Assembly: GCF_001194135.2 (NCBI RefSeq)
Contig: NC_068997.1
Location: 9,584,344 to 9,619,874, forward strand
Length of the DNA: 35,531 nt
Reading direction: 5' to 3'
Source of the DNA: Octopus bimaculoides
Taxonomy: Eukaryota
Shown here: in pieces, positions 35,182 through 35,531 of the stretch
How positions within the stretch are numbered: position 1 is the stretch's first letter
How the letters are laid out: the number at the start of each line of letters is the position of its first letter
Translations under genes and position numbers: made by a program
The notes under the pieces: generated by a model
What the model saw: the letters and a program-made list of their open reading frames with translations, nothing else
Database searches by the model: none
What the model was told of the DNA's origin: nothing

Positions 35182-35500
35182 TCTATATATATAAAAATGA
35201 GAATGTGTGTCTGTCTGTCTGTCTGTGTGAATCCCTAAAACTCGAGAACTACGCAACCAATTTCATTCAAATTTTACAGATGCCTTACTTAGGGTTCCAG
35301 TTGTGTTTTAGTCAAAATTTTTTTTAACTTCTTGCAGAGTTCGAGCCCACGGCAACATAATATCTCCTCCACTATTTAAGTATTACGTGTCAAAAGTGAA
35401 ACAAAAACACTCATGTCAAATACTTTCACTTTAAAATTGAAACTATTCCACTAACTGAAACAATCACATTTCGATACTGTAATGAGAGATACTTTCAGAG
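35182..35500 (+). mobile_element. Probable non-autonomous Helitron-like element, 5' portion
   Basis: Starts A|TCTATATATATAAAAATG, followed by (GTCT)n and CAACCAATTTCATTCAAATTTTAC, the 5' layout of Lep1/DINE-like rolling-circle elements. The 3' hairpin/CTRR end is not visible in the window. Confidence 0.55.
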
Positions 35501-35531
35501 AGAGAGAAAGAAAGAAAGAGAGAGAGAGAGA

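Overview
AT-rich, repeat-dense eukaryotic genomic DNA from a draft assembly with six N gaps. The SINE, RTE and microsatellite landscape looks like an octopus (coleoid cephalopod) intron or intergenic region; this taxon call is inferred from repeat style only. No host protein-coding gene can be called with confidence, and almost all ORFs in the supplied track are microsatellite or gap artefacts. Recognisable content: several RTE-clade LINE fragments (a stop-free RT/C-terminal piece at 1-368 that the ORF track missed, an endonuclease/linker piece at 21.3-21.9 kb, and 3' ends at 7.1-7.5 and 27.9-28.6 kb), an internally deleted DD37D (maT-type) Tc1/mariner element (1050-1896), many tRNA-headed SINEs of at least three families, four TTAA-flanked MITEs and a probable Helitron-like 5' end. 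The most notable signal is a minimal type I hammerhead ribozyme fold on the minus strand (665-710). It has a U4C core variant and a self-complementary helix III that predicts dimeric cleavage, the pattern described for Penelope-like retroelements, and it sits inside a larger predicted three-way-junction structure (639-760).
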